From Nanobdellota archaeon (GTDB lineage Archaea; Nanobdellota; Nanobdellia; Pacearchaeales; GW2011-AR1), in the NCBI GenBank assembly GCA_043810695.1, contig JBDRNV010000005.1, positions 10,590-74,589 on the forward strand: 64,000 bases of DNA, given 5' to 3'. The first letter of the stretch is position 1. Every line of letters begins with the position of its first letter. Positions 30,429 to 40,773 of the stretch are shown here, one piece after another. Below the pieces are notes generated by a model. The model made no database searches and was not told the origin of the DNA. It saw only the letters and a program-made list of their open reading frames with translations. Position numbers and translations under genes: made by a program.

Positions 30429-31474
30429 ATTTTATTTCCAAAGAAGTTTATTATTAAGGCCATTCCAATTGCTAAAATTTGAGAGATGATATAATAAATT
30501 CCTAAAACTTCTGTAAAAATGTAAAGGAAAAACAAATTTACTAAAAGAGCAGAAATACTAACTAACCCAAATTGAACGTATTTCTTACCTACATTTAATT
30601 TTATATTTTCTTTAAATGTCCAAATTTTATTTAAAATAAAATTACTAGTCATAGCTATAATAAAAGAAATCACTGCAGAAAACATATAATAAATTCCGAC
30701 TTTTTCAGTTAAAAGGTACAAAATTACAATATTGAATAAAGTTCCAATTCCTCCAATAAAAGCAAACTTAAAAAATTCTTTAATCACATTTTTCTTATAA
30801 GACAAATACCCTATAAGATTCTGTAAATAACAAACAATCTCTTTTGTTCCTACTTTGCTTTTTCCTTTAATTCGATTAGTGAATGTTATAGGTACCTCTT
30901 TTAAACGTTTATAATTTGCTTTTATTATTAATTCAAGAAGTATCTTAAAACCTTTTGGATTTAACTCAACATTTTTTATACATTCTTTTTTTATCATAAA
31001 AAAGCCAGTCATGGGATCCTTAACCTGTGTATAAACTCTTGCTAAAAGTGTTGCGGTTTTTGATAGTAATTTTCTTTTAAAATTCCAACCGATTATTTTA
31101 CCCCCTTTAACATATCTGCTTCCAACAACAAAATCTGTTTTTTCATTTTTTATAAGATTCAGCATTTCAGAGATTTTTTCTGAAGGATGACTCAAATCAG
31201 CATCCATAGCACCCAAAATTTCTCCATTAGCTATTTTCCAACCTTCTAAAACAGCAGAAGAAAGCCCTAATTTTCCTTTTCTATGGATAATTTTAAGATT
31301 TTTTGTTTTTTTTAAATCTTCTAAAATTTTTCCAGTCCCATCTGGAGAATTATCATCAACAACTATAATTTCCCCCTTTATCTTGTTTTTTTTAAATTCT
31401 TCTTGAATTTTTTTAATAAGTTTTTGGATATTTTCTTTCTCATTGTATGTTGGAATAACCAAACTTAATTCCAT
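30410..31474 (-). CDS. GT2 dolichol-phosphate mannose/glucose synthase-like glycosyltransferase fused to GtrA-like 4-TM domain
   Basis: SLVIPTYNE, IIVVDDNSPDGT, a DAD motif, and a C-terminal four-helix GtrA-like region. Confidence 0.75.
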   Translation of the reverse strand: MELSLVIPTYNEKENIQKLIKKIQEEFKKNKIKGEIIVVDDNSPDGTGKILEDLKKTKNLKIIHRKGKLGLSSAVLEGWKIANGEILGAMDADLSHPSEKISEMLNLIKNEKTDFVVGSRYVKGGKIIGWNFKRKLLSKTATLLARVYTQVKDPMTGFFMIKKECIKNVELNPKGFKILLELIIKANYKRLKEVPITFTNRIKGKSKVGTKEIVCYLQNLIGYLSYKKNVIKEFFKFAFIGGIGTLFNIVILYLLTEKVGIYYMFSAVISFIIAMTSNFILNKIWTFKENIKLNVGKKYVQFGLVSISALLVNLFFLYIFTEVLGIYYIISQILAIGMALIINFFGNKIWTFSK

Positions 31475-31525
31475 CTAGGGATAAATAAGATATTATTTAA
31501 AAACGTAACTAAAATTTTTTTAACA

Positions 31526-32218
31526 TTACTTAAAATATTTCTCAATTTCATCAACAGAACTAATCTGAGAAACAACATGCTTATTATCAATAATCAGAAC
31601 AGGATAACTGGGTATATTAAAACGTTGAAGTATTGAGTTTAAAGAGGTTAAGTCACTATCAACAGCTATGGGAATTAGAATAATCAAATCACCTTTTTCT
31701 TGTTTAAGATCAAAAAGAATTCTTGACCATACTTTATTAGATGCTCTTTTTATTAAATCATCTGTATTATATTCATAAAGATATATTACACTAGAAATAT
31801 TCTTTTTGCATTCTTCTGGAATAGACATAAAATTTATCCATAATAAAGTTCTTAGAAGATCATATTTTCTGTGTGTGACATTTAATTCATTTGTCAGCTT
31901 TCCAGATTCCTCATATTTTTCAAGTAAAATAGCTTCTGAATAAATTCTATCTGCAAATTGAATATTCGAATCTATCAAAACATTACAGTTGATCGCATCA
32001 GTTACATTATTAATATCTGTTAATTTAGTTAAAGCAAAAGAATCCATAAGAAGTATATCTGATAAAATATAATAATCATTAATTTCTGTTAATCTGTTTC
32101 CTTCATAAGCGATGCCTAGAAAAATTCCTATTAAAAAAATAGCTAGTGTTATAATTAGTGCTTGCCAAAAAGAATGTCTTGAATTTCTTAAAGTTTCAGA
32201 TGTTGCCATTTTTACCAA
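31526..32218 (-). CDS. membrane-anchored hypothetical protein
   Basis: Single N-terminal TM. Lies inside the glycosylation cluster. Confidence 0.35.
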   Translation of the reverse strand: MVKMATSETLRNSRHSFWQALIITLAIFLIGIFLGIAYEGNRLTEINDYYILSDILLMDSFALTKLTDINNVTDAINCNVLIDSNIQFADRIYSEAILLEKYEESGKLTNELNVTHRKYDLLRTLLWINFMSIPEECKKNISSVIYLYEYNTDDLIKRASNKVWSRILFDLKQEKGDLIILIPIAVDSDLTSLNSILQRFNIPSYPVLIIDNKHVVSQISSVDEIEKYFK

Positions 32219-33444
32219 AATTTTTCCTTCTTTATAAATTTAAAGGCTGCTGTAATTAATATTATAGGATATATAAGTAGGTAAATAAATACGTATACTA
32301 AAAAATCTGATATTTTAAATTTTTTAATTTCATTTTCTTTGGTATATGAAAGTGCTAAAATTGTAAAAAATAGACTAAGAGAAAGAATTGCTATTCCAAA
32401 GAATACAAGGATATTGGGAGTAAGATTTATATCTCTTAATGTTAAAATAGCTGTCTGTGCTCCTATCGAATATGTTGTAGCAAGATAATTAATAAAAAAT
32501 CTTCTCAATTCTCGATAAACTAAAATAACAATTCCAAAAAGACCCACAATCCATGATGATACAAAAAAGGGTAAAACAAAACTTCCAAAAATTCCTTTTT
32601 TAGCAAAAGCTCCTTTATGTTTAAATATAGTTTGTATTCCACCAATGTTCCATCTTACTCTTTGACGATACCATTCTTTAACATTATCAGGAACAATTGT
32701 ATGTGTTTTAGATAAAGTACACATCTCAATTTTATATCCTTGAGAAAGAAGATTCCATGTAATCTCAATATCCTCTGTAAGATTATTTTCATCAAAGCCA
32801 CCTATCTTATCAAAGAATTTTTTTCTATATATTGCAAGAGGCCCTGGAGTAACATAAATTGCACCTACAAAACCCAAAAGTTTTCTTGTGAAAGAAATTA
32901 TTCTATATTCTATTGATTGAATTCTTTCAATAAATTTTTCTTTTCTTTTAACAAATATGCTTGGAGTTACAGCAGCAAGTTCTTCGTCATTAAAAAAACC
33001 AACCATTTTAGTTATAGCATCTTTTTGAGGATATGAATCTGCATCAACAAACCCCATAAGTTCTGTATTAACAAACTTTGTTCCATAATTTTTTGAGCCA
33101 GATGCTTTTCCAGTATTTTTAGGAGTTCTTACAGCTTTAACGATATCGTATTTTTTTTCATATTCTTTTATAATTTTATAAGAATCATCAGTGCTGCAGT
33201 CATCAACAACAATTATTTTTTTTAATTCTTTGTAATCTGAATTCAATAGAGATTCAATCACTCCCCCAATGGTTTTTCCTTCATTATAACAAGGAATAAT
33301 TATGCTTAATGAATAGTTTTTAGTTAATTTTGGATAAGAAAAAAGTTCATTTTTATTCTTCGTGTAAATAAGAATAAAAAGAAAAATAAGATATAAAGCT
33401 ATAAATGAATAAAGAAGGTAGATTATTGTAAGAAATTCAGGCAT
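32212..33444 (-). CDS. processive-type GT2 glycosyltransferase (cellulose/chitin-synthase-like)
   Basis: SIIIPCYNE, VVDDCSTDD, a DAD motif, and the QRVRW signature (RQRVRWNIG), flanked by TM helices. Confidence 0.7.
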   Translation of the reverse strand: MPEFLTIIYLLYSFIALYLIFLFILIYTKNKNELFSYPKLTKNYSLSIIIPCYNEGKTIGGVIESLLNSDYKELKKIIVVDDCSTDDSYKIIKEYEKKYDIVKAVRTPKNTGKASGSKNYGTKFVNTELMGFVDADSYPQKDAITKMVGFFNDEELAAVTPSIFVKRKEKFIERIQSIEYRIISFTRKLLGFVGAIYVTPGPLAIYRKKFFDKIGGFDENNLTEDIEITWNLLSQGYKIEMCTLSKTHTIVPDNVKEWYRQRVRWNIGGIQTIFKHKGAFAKKGIFGSFVLPFFVSSWIVGLFGIVILVYRELRRFFINYLATTYSIGAQTAILTLRDINLTPNILVFFGIAILSLSLFFTILALSYTKENEIKKFKISDFLVYVFIYLLIYPIILITAAFKFIKKEKFW

Positions 33445-33567
33445 TTTTTATTATTTTTATTTTTAATTTAGTTAATTATTAATTTTAATTATATAGGAAA
33501 TATGAGAGTTATATAGATTATTGTCCTATATATTGATATTTAAGTGTAAAAATTGCTTTTTTATTTA

Positions 33568-34095
33568 TTATTCAGTCTTTTGAGGATTTATATCCTGTTC
33601 AGAAACATTGAAATAATTATAAAATTCATCAGCAAGAGAAAGTTCGTATGTATGTCCTATTTTTTTCTTTTTGACTAAGTCAAGCTCATTAAATCTTTTG
33701 ATGTGCTCATAAGCCTTATTTCCCCTGATTTTTACAACAACAGATTGTTTTATTGGTTGCTTAAAAGCGATAATTGCGAGCGTTCCTTGTTCTGATTTTG
33801 AAAATTCACTGCTTCCTGTTGCAATTCTGCTTGTCAGATGAGCGTGCTCATGTGAAACATCCATTTTCCACATCTCATTTTTCTCAATAATTTTTATTGC
33901 TGAATTCTGGTTCTCATATTTCTTTTTTAGTTCTTCTATAACCTCTTGTATTATAATTGGGTTTAAATCAGAAAGTGAAACAATCTCTGCCATATTCAAA
34001 AATTTGCCAGCAACAAACAGAATCGCTTCTATTCTTTTAGCATTGTCTTTTTCTTTTGTGTTCTCAATATCTTCTATTGTTTCGTTTTTTATCAT
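33568..34095 (-). CDS. scpB: segregation and condensation protein B (ScpB)-like
   Basis: IEAILFVAGKFLNMAEI N-terminal winged-helix signature and a tandem wH architecture. Confidence 0.6.
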   Translation of the reverse strand: MIKNETIEDIENTKEKDNAKRIEAILFVAGKFLNMAEIVSLSDLNPIIIQEVIEELKKKYENQNSAIKIIEKNEMWKMDVSHEHAHLTSRIATGSSEFSKSEQGTLAIIAFKQPIKQSVVVKIRGNKAYEHIKRFNELDLVKKKKIGHTYELSLADEFYNYFNVSEQDINPQKTE

Positions 34096-34203
34096 GAAAT
34101 ATAAAAGTCTGTAAGGATTTTAAAGGTTTTGAGATACTCTAAAAATTTATATAAATATACTTAAAACAATAGGTATTTAATTTTGATATTATTTATATAA
34201 CAT

Positions 34204-34722
34204 ATGAATAAAATAATTTATAAAAAGATATTATTAAGAACATTGGTTTTTCTGGTTATAATTTTTTTGGTTCTTTTCTTAATTCGTTTTTTTAGTTCTA
34301 AAGAATTAGATGATATTAGTCCAAAAATTCCATGTGAAAGAGATTTAATTGATAAAGTAGATGTACTGTGGGTAATACCTAATTATAATAATCTTTCAAT
34401 TTCTGAAAATAAAGAATGGTGTTCTTATATTCTTAGTTTAAATAAAAGCATTGGAATGCATGGAGTAACGCATCAATATAATGAGTTTAACACGGACAGG
34501 CAGCAAGAATATCTTGAAGAAGGAATAAATATATTCAGAGATTGTTTTAATTTTCAGCCAATCATGTTCAAGCCTCCTCAATTAAAGATTTCAAAAAATA
34601 ACATGAATTTAATAAAAAATAAGAATATGAAATTAAAAAAAAGAATTAATCAGATGGTGCATAAAGTATATCATTGTAGTGATTCTGATATTCTCAAAAA
34701 TTGGGTTATTAATTTATTTTAA
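34204..34722 (+). CDS. hypothetical protein with N-terminal signal anchor (possible deacetylase-like HGxTH motif)
   Basis: Contains GMHGVTHQYNEF. Weak evidence. Confidence 0.3.
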   Translation: MNKIIYKKILLRTLVFLVIIFLVLFLIRFFSSKELDDISPKIPCERDLIDKVDVLWVIPNYNNLSISENKEWCSYILSLNKSIGMHGVTHQYNEFNTDRQQEYLEEGINIFRDCFNFQPIMFKPPQLKISKNNMNLIKNKNMKLKKRINQMVHKVYHCSDSDILKNWVINLF

Positions 34723-35790
34723 ATCATTTTTGATACCTCTTAAAAAAGTATAATATTTATTTGAATCAATGGAGATGAGCAACCAATCTAAAAGTTTCCT
34801 TTTATTCTCAGGAAAATCTCTAATTGAATTTTTTGCTTTTTTCTTAAATTCTCTTGCATAACTTATAGTATAATCAATTGCTCCATTTTGAATGAGCAAA
34901 GGAGTAACCTCTTCTATTTGTTCTGGAGGTATTTCTTTACCTTTCTCTAATATTTGTATAATTTTTTTAACTCTTTCTTTATCACTATCATGATACAATG
35001 TATAAATTACTGGAATTGTTAAATGTCCATTTCTTATATCTGTATAGGCATCATCAGGAATTTTAGTAGTTGTGCTAATCCCCGCTTTTGCTGGAACAAA
35101 ATCTGCAATATCATTCATAATTTGATGAGCAATACCAAAATTTTTACCAAATTCAGATAGTGCGTTTATTTGTTCATTAGAGCCCTCAGCTAACATTCCT
35201 CCAATTTTAGCAATTCTTTCAATAAAAGCAGCATTTATTTTATATGTCCTTTCAAAAAATAAATCATTCATTCCACTTTCAGAAAGAGGTTTGTTCGGAT
35301 TTTGATAAGTATTAACATTTATATCAATAAATTGTCCTTCATGAAATATTCTATTGCTTTCATTTAACAAACAAGATACTGCAACTAACTTTTCAAGAGG
35401 CAGTCTATCTCCCATTTCATATAAAGCAACCCCTTTTAAATCTCTCATTAAAAAAGCTGCAGTTAGTATATTTTTGTCTTCATCTCTGCTCCTTTTCCCG
35501 CCTTTTTCATCTTGAATCCAATTAGCATAATACATAGAAGAAAGTAAAAACTCTATAGAAGCTCCTATAGGAGCAATCCATTTCCAATCTTTTTCTGTTA
35601 ATGACTGATAAGAAGCACGCAAAAGATAAGTTCTAAAATTAGAGCCTTGCTTCATAAATGCTTGAGGTATTTGAGAAATTATATCATATAATTTCCCTTT
35701 TGATTCTTTAAATCTATCAAGATACATTCTAACCAAGGGATGAACAACTTGAGCAGTTTCCTTCATTAAATTAAAATATTCAGTAACCAT
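34714..35790 (-). CDS. polyprenyl synthetase-like protein with degenerate Asp-rich motifs
   Basis: GGKRSR (GKRxRP-like) region, and a FGIAHQIMNDIADF second-motif-like region with NDIAD in place of DDxxD. All-alpha composition. Confidence 0.4.
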   Translation of the reverse strand: MVTEYFNLMKETAQVVHPLVRMYLDRFKESKGKLYDIISQIPQAFMKQGSNFRTYLLRASYQSLTEKDWKWIAPIGASIEFLLSSMYYANWIQDEKGGKRSRDEDKNILTAAFLMRDLKGVALYEMGDRLPLEKLVAVSCLLNESNRIFHEGQFIDINVNTYQNPNKPLSESGMNDLFFERTYKINAAFIERIAKIGGMLAEGSNEQINALSEFGKNFGIAHQIMNDIADFVPAKAGISTTTKIPDDAYTDIRNGHLTIPVIYTLYHDSDKERVKKIIQILEKGKEIPPEQIEEVTPLLIQNGAIDYTISYAREFKKKAKNSIRDFPENKRKLLDWLLISIDSNKYYTFLRGIKNDLK

Positions 35791-35843
35791 TAATAAGTGA
35801 TAGCTAATTGTTTTAAGAATTTTTTACTTGATATGTCAAGTAT

Positions 35844-36500
35844 CTACTTATTCAAAAATGGAATTATTTTTGATTCTGCTCTGCTCAAAAATTCATGCAC
35901 TGCTGATTTTGAAACCCTCATTATTTTAGCAATTTCATTAAGATTAGTCTTTTTTGGAAATTTGTAGTAGCCTTTGTTTACTGCTAATTCAAAAGTTTCT
36001 CTTTGTTTTAGACTTAATCTTGGCAATAATTGTAATAAATAAACCTCATCAAGTTTCTTTTCAACAAATTTGATAATCTCAAAATGAATAAAAATCTTGC
36101 TTTTTTCAAGATTAATTATATTGGCTAGTGCTGTTCTATCCCAAGAAGCAATTTCCCAATATTCAAAACCATCATCACTATTTATCATAGGAGATGGAAA
36201 AAACAATTTAGAATTATAAACCTGCTTATATTTACTAGTATAATTTTCTTCTTTTACTAATGTAAATATAACGTTTTGAGAAATTTCCAGTTTTATTACT
36301 TTTTTACAATTTCTAAGATATGAAATATATTTTTTCTTGTTTGATTCTTTTCCTTCTAAAATGTGTATTGCTGAAAAAAGATGAACTCCTTTCTCAACAT
36401 ATTCGCCTAATGGGTACATAAAATCTTTTATCTTAAACTTTTTAGTTTTTTGTGTATATATACAATCTCTATGTTGAAGTTTAAATTTCAAATACCACAT
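35844..36500 (-). CDS. HTH_10 (bacterio-opsin activator-type) transcriptional regulator
   Basis: C-terminal LNEIAKIMRVSKSAVHEFLSRAESKI helix-turn-helix. Confidence 0.45.
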   Translation of the reverse strand: MWYLKFKLQHRDCIYTQKTKKFKIKDFMYPLGEYVEKGVHLFSAIHILEGKESNKKKYISYLRNCKKVIKLEISQNVIFTLVKEENYTSKYKQVYNSKLFFPSPMINSDDGFEYWEIASWDRTALANIINLEKSKIFIHFEIIKFVEKKLDEVYLLQLLPRLSLKQRETFELAVNKGYYKFPKKTNLNEIAKIMRVSKSAVHEFLSRAESKIIPFLNK

Positions 36501-36609
36501 ACTTTATATGTCAAGTTATAGATATTTAAATTTATCTTAGGTTCATAGTTTTTTGATTAAAAAAGACCACTTAATGCACCAGAGAAAGGCAAAGTAGTGA
36601 AATACTGTA

Positions 36610-37689
36610 TTATATTCTAAATCGCAGTATTGCCCCAATACCACTCATATTATAGAATTGCTCACCTTCTGTCATATCTATAGATACTATTTTTATCTCA
36701 GAACCTATATTATCAGCTAATTCTTTCAATTCTTTTAAAAGAGCCTTTGAAAGTTTAGCAGACAGAAATAAAATATTAACAGCACCAAGCTGCAAGGCTC
36801 TTCTTGTTTCTTTTTCTCCAAGAATTGTCTTTTCAGGATTCTTTCCAAGATGCTGAAAGAAATTTTCTATATCTTTTTTTTCTTGAGTTCTTTCATGATT
36901 TGCCAAAAGTCCAGCAGATTTTTCAACAAGCTCTTTAAGCCCTGATTCAGAAGAATCGCCAACATCTATTTTTCCCATAACCTTTTGTCTTAAATTTGTA
37001 GTAAGATACTCACCATCAAGAAATTCGTCTTTTGTAGGTATTGGTCCTCCAACTAGAATTCCTTTCAATTTTGGCATATTAAAAAAAATTTCTTTCATTT
37101 CATTTGCAATTCTTTTGTAAAATTCTTTTGTAAGTCCTTCTGTTATTCTATGAAACCTTTGAGAACTTTGCCCTCCAGCTCTTACTTTGCTCGGAACACC
37201 AGAAGTCATTTTCTGTAAAAATTCTATTCTTTTTCCTTCAAGAAGACCAATTGTTGCTTCTTTTCTATCCATAACTAGCAAACCAAAAACTTCTGAAACT
37301 TCAAGTATTTCTTTCAAAGGTTCAAGAACAAATTCCTTGGCACAGCGGTACATTCTGATTTTAAGAGGTGTTATTGATTCAATAGCCCAAAGCCTCAAAT
37401 CATCCTGCCCCTCAATTTTAGATATATTACCGCAAAAAATAGCAAGTCCATTTTCCGGTGTTTTTTTGTATTCTTTCAACTGTCTTGTTATTTTATCAAG
37501 GGCATTGCCAACATTTTTTTTTGTAGAAGTTGATTTAATGTTCTTTGCGGTTGATTTCTCAGCTTCAAGCTGATCCACAACAGTATAGATGTTCTGTCCG
37601 GCCGGAATATAAACACTTATTAGTTCTGTAGCCCTGCCTTTATATTGTTCAAGTTCTTCAATAATTTCAAAAAGTTCTTCTTTATTCAT
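36610..37689 (-). CDS. prf1: peptide chain release factor aRF1
   Basis: NIKS motif (TAKNIKSTS) and GGQ motif (RAGGQSSQRFHR). Confidence 0.85.
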   Translation of the reverse strand: MNKEELFEIIEELEQYKGRATELISVYIPAGQNIYTVVDQLEAEKSTAKNIKSTSTKKNVGNALDKITRQLKEYKKTPENGLAIFCGNISKIEGQDDLRLWAIESITPLKIRMYRCAKEFVLEPLKEILEVSEVFGLLVMDRKEATIGLLEGKRIEFLQKMTSGVPSKVRAGGQSSQRFHRITEGLTKEFYKRIANEMKEIFFNMPKLKGILVGGPIPTKDEFLDGEYLTTNLRQKVMGKIDVGDSSESGLKELVEKSAGLLANHERTQEKKDIENFFQHLGKNPEKTILGEKETRRALQLGAVNILFLSAKLSKALLKELKELADNIGSEIKIVSIDMTEGEQFYNMSGIGAILRFRI

Positions 37690-37745
37690 TTTCTTTGGAA
37701 AGTGAATTATACAAAATCTCTGATTTTAGTTTGCTGATTGTCATT

Positions 37746-40079
37746 TTAATTTTTTATTTTAAATTCTTTACCTGATTCAAATGTTACTGCTCCAGATGTT
37801 GCTTCAAAACGTTTGCCGTAATTATAATCAAGTATCATTTTATAATCTTTATCTGGCAGAGTAATAGATTTCAGTGGTGCATTTAAAGGCATCTTATTTT
37901 CTGATTTATATTTCTTTATTTTTGATAAATATTCTTTAATCATATCCCAAAATCCTTTAATTTTTTCGTTTCCTAGTTCAGGCCATTTAGATATATGGAT
38001 ACTTTTATCTCTTTCATATTTTCTAAAATATTCCTGATAAATGTATTCTGTAATAAAAGGTGTTATTGGAGCAAATAGTTTTAAAATTGTTAATAAACTT
38101 TTATACAGTGTGTAATTTACTGATTGTTGTTCATCTTTATCACCTTGATAAACAACTTTCTTAATAGTTTCTAAGTAATTATCACAGAAATCTTTCCAGA
38201 AAAATTTTTCAATTTCTTGTTTTGCTTTCGAATATTCATAAACTAAGAAATAATCTGTTACAGATTTAATAATATTATTTAATTTCCCTAAAAATTCAAT
38301 ATCTGCCTTTTCTAATTCAGTAGGTTTTTTTCCATCAAAATCTTTAAGATTCATAAAAACAAAATTTGATGCATTCCATAATTTTGTGATAAATTTTTTT
38401 CCTTCAAGCACATCTTTTTCAGAGTAATCTAAATCTTCTCCTAATTTAGAACCAGCTGCCCAGAATCTTACTGCATCTACCCCATATTTTTCCATGACTT
38501 CTTTTGGATTAATTACTATCCCTTTTGATTTAGACATTTTCTTTCCTTCTAATGTAACAAAACCAGAGAGCATAATATTTTCCCACGGAATTTTATGTTC
38601 ACTGAAATAAGATTTTACTATAGTATAAAACACCCATGTTCTTATTATATCATGAGCCTGTGGTCTTAATGAATAAGGAATTTTTATTTTGTTTTTTATT
38701 AAAGAAGAGGCAAGCCGTGGTGTAAGTGAAGAAGTAGCCCATGTATCAAGAACTCGAGTTTCTGGTTCTGCTACTTTTTTGCATTTTGGACAGATTTTTT
38801 TAAGATTCATAGGATCCACTGGAAGCTCCTTTTTATCAGGAAGAATTATTTTATTGCACTCTATACATTGCCATACAGGAATTGGCACTCCAAAATGCCT
38901 GTCTCTTGATACAATCCAATCCCATTGTAATCCATTTACCCAGTTTTCATATCGTTTAGACATATATTCTGGATGCCATTTTATTCTTTTTCCGTATTCT
39001 AAAAATTCCTTTTTTTTGTCAAGAATTTTTATAAACCATTGATCTGTGGGAAGAAATTCTATTTCTGTACCGCATTTATCATGAACATTTACAACATGGG
39101 ATATCTTTTCTGAATTAATAATTAGTCCTTTTGATTTCAAATCTTGAAGAATTTTTGCTTTTGCTTCTTTTATTTTAAGTCCTTTATATCTCTCTTCTTT
39201 CATAGTTCCATCATAATTAATAACTATTCTTGGCTCAAGTTTTAATCTTTTTAAAGCATCTACATCAAATTTATCACCATATGAACAAATCATCATCGCG
39301 CCTGTTCCTTTTTCCATATCTGCAGATTTATCTGCAAATATAGGAACTTCATAATTAAAAAGAGGAACTTTTGCTTTTTTTCCTACAAATTTTTTATATT
39401 TTTTATCAGAAGGATGAACAAAAATTGCAACACATGCTGGTATTAATTCAGGACGAGTAGTTGATATTGGCAATATTTCATTTCCTACAAAAAATTTAAG
39501 AGTTGTAAAAAAACTAAAAAATTCTCTATCTTCAAGTTCTGCCTGGGCAATTGCTGTCTGGCATTCAGGACACCATATAGAAGGAAATCCTAACTTGTAT
39601 ACTCTTCCAGCTTTGTACAAATTTAAAAATGATTCCTGTGATATTTTCTGGGAGTTTTTATCGATTGTGGAGTAATATATCTCATAATCAGCACTTATTC
39701 CTATATTTTTCCATTGTTGTATAAAACCAGGTGTGATTTTTTTTAGAGTTTTAAGACAGAGTTCTATAAATTCTGATCTTGGCATTTCTTTGCTTTTAAC
39801 ATTATTCAGTCTTTCTATTAGTCTTTCTGTCGGTAAACCATTATCATCTGTTCCAAAAGGATAAAAAATCATTCCATCATACATTCTTCTAAATCTTGCT
39901 ATAAAATCCTGCTGAGAATATGAAAAAGCATGGCCTATATGCATATCTCCAGAAACAGTTGGGGGAGGGGTGTCTATACTATAAGTTTTTAATTTTCCAG
40001 GCTTAAATTCATAGATTTTTTCTTTTTCCCAGAAATCCAGTATTTTGGGCTCGTCAGATAAAGGATCATAAATTTTCAT
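37746..40079 (-). CDS. valS: class I aminoacyl-tRNA synthetase, valyl-tRNA synthetase-like
   Basis: HIGH (MHIGHAFSY), KMSKS (KMSKSKG), and WDWIVSRDRHFGVPIP. The HIGH-to-KMSKS spacing of about 470 aa fits ValRS better than Leu/IleRS. Amino-acid specificity is an inference. Confidence 0.6.
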   Translation of the reverse strand: MKIYDPLSDEPKILDFWEKEKIYEFKPGKLKTYSIDTPPPTVSGDMHIGHAFSYSQQDFIARFRRMYDGMIFYPFGTDDNGLPTERLIERLNNVKSKEMPRSEFIELCLKTLKKITPGFIQQWKNIGISADYEIYYSTIDKNSQKISQESFLNLYKAGRVYKLGFPSIWCPECQTAIAQAELEDREFFSFFTTLKFFVGNEILPISTTRPELIPACVAIFVHPSDKKYKKFVGKKAKVPLFNYEVPIFADKSADMEKGTGAMMICSYGDKFDVDALKRLKLEPRIVINYDGTMKEERYKGLKIKEAKAKILQDLKSKGLIINSEKISHVVNVHDKCGTEIEFLPTDQWFIKILDKKKEFLEYGKRIKWHPEYMSKRYENWVNGLQWDWIVSRDRHFGVPIPVWQCIECNKIILPDKKELPVDPMNLKKICPKCKKVAEPETRVLDTWATSSLTPRLASSLIKNKIKIPYSLRPQAHDIIRTWVFYTIVKSYFSEHKIPWENIMLSGFVTLEGKKMSKSKGIVINPKEVMEKYGVDAVRFWAAGSKLGEDLDYSEKDVLEGKKFITKLWNASNFVFMNLKDFDGKKPTELEKADIEFLGKLNNIIKSVTDYFLVYEYSKAKQEIEKFFWKDFCDNYLETIKKVVYQGDKDEQQSVNYTLYKSLLTILKLFAPITPFITEYIYQEYFRKYERDKSIHISKWPELGNEKIKGFWDMIKEYLSKIKKYKSENKMPLNAPLKSITLPDKDYKMILDYNYGKRFEATSGAVTFESGKEFKIKN

Positions 40080-40140
40080 ATATTAAAAAGATAAGATAAC
40101 TTTTAAAAACTATCCCCCTCTTTCTAAATTATAAGATAAA

Positions 40141-40296
40141 ATGGCAGATAATCGAATTCAGATGCCCTCTGGTTATGGCGGATTGATGAGATTTAGTGAG
40201 GAATATAAAAGCAAAATAATGTTAAAACCAGCCCACATAATCGCATTTGTAATTTTAATAATAGTTTTCAGAATTTTTCTGGAGTTTATTTTTTAA
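40141..40296 (+). CDS. secG: preprotein translocase subunit Sec61beta (SecG, archaeal)
   Basis: Not in the ORF track (51 aa). MADNRIQMPSGYGGLMRFSEEYKSKIMLKP followed by a single C-terminal TM helix matches the conserved Sec61beta pattern. Confidence 0.65.
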   Translation: MADNRIQMPSGYGGLMRFSEEYKSKIMLKPAHIIAFVILIIVFRIFLEFIF

Positions 40297-40342
40297 ATAA
40301 TCAATACAAAAAATATAAATAGGCTTTTATATAAAAATAAAC

Positions 40343-40708
40343 ATGCTAGGCGGACTTGGCGGATTAAATCCTAAGAAAATGCAGGAAATGATGAAGAAGA
40401 TTGGTATGGATCAGGAAGAAATATCTGCCTCAAGAGTGATTATTGAAAAGCAAGATGGAGAAAAAATTTTCATTGAAAATCCTTCTGTAACCAAAATAAA
40501 AATTCAGGGGCAGGAAAGTTTCCAGATTGCAGGTGATATTTCTAAAGAAACAGAAAACATTGAAGGAAGTTTTTCAGAATTAGATGTAAAAACAGTAATA
40601 GACAAAACAGGTTCTACAAAAAAACAGGCAGTTTTAGCGCTGGAAAATTCAAGAGGAGATCTTGCAGAAGCTATTTTAAGACTTAGTAGCGGAGAGGTAG
40701 TAAATTAA
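40343..40708 (+). CDS. nac: nascent polypeptide-associated complex protein (aNAC) with C-terminal UBA domain
   Basis: NAC-domain beta-barrel region (VIIEKQDGEKIFIENPSVTKIKIQG) and a C-terminal UBA-like KQAVLALENSRGDLAEAILRL. Confidence 0.75.
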   Translation: MLGGLGGLNPKKMQEMMKKIGMDQEEISASRVIIEKQDGEKIFIENPSVTKIKIQGQESFQIAGDISKETENIEGSFSELDVKTVIDKTGSTKKQAVLALENSRGDLAEAILRLSSGEVVN

Positions 40709-40773
40709 TATTTTCTCAATATATGCTTCCAAATTACCAAAATATATATCAATTCTAGATTCCTAAAAGAAAC

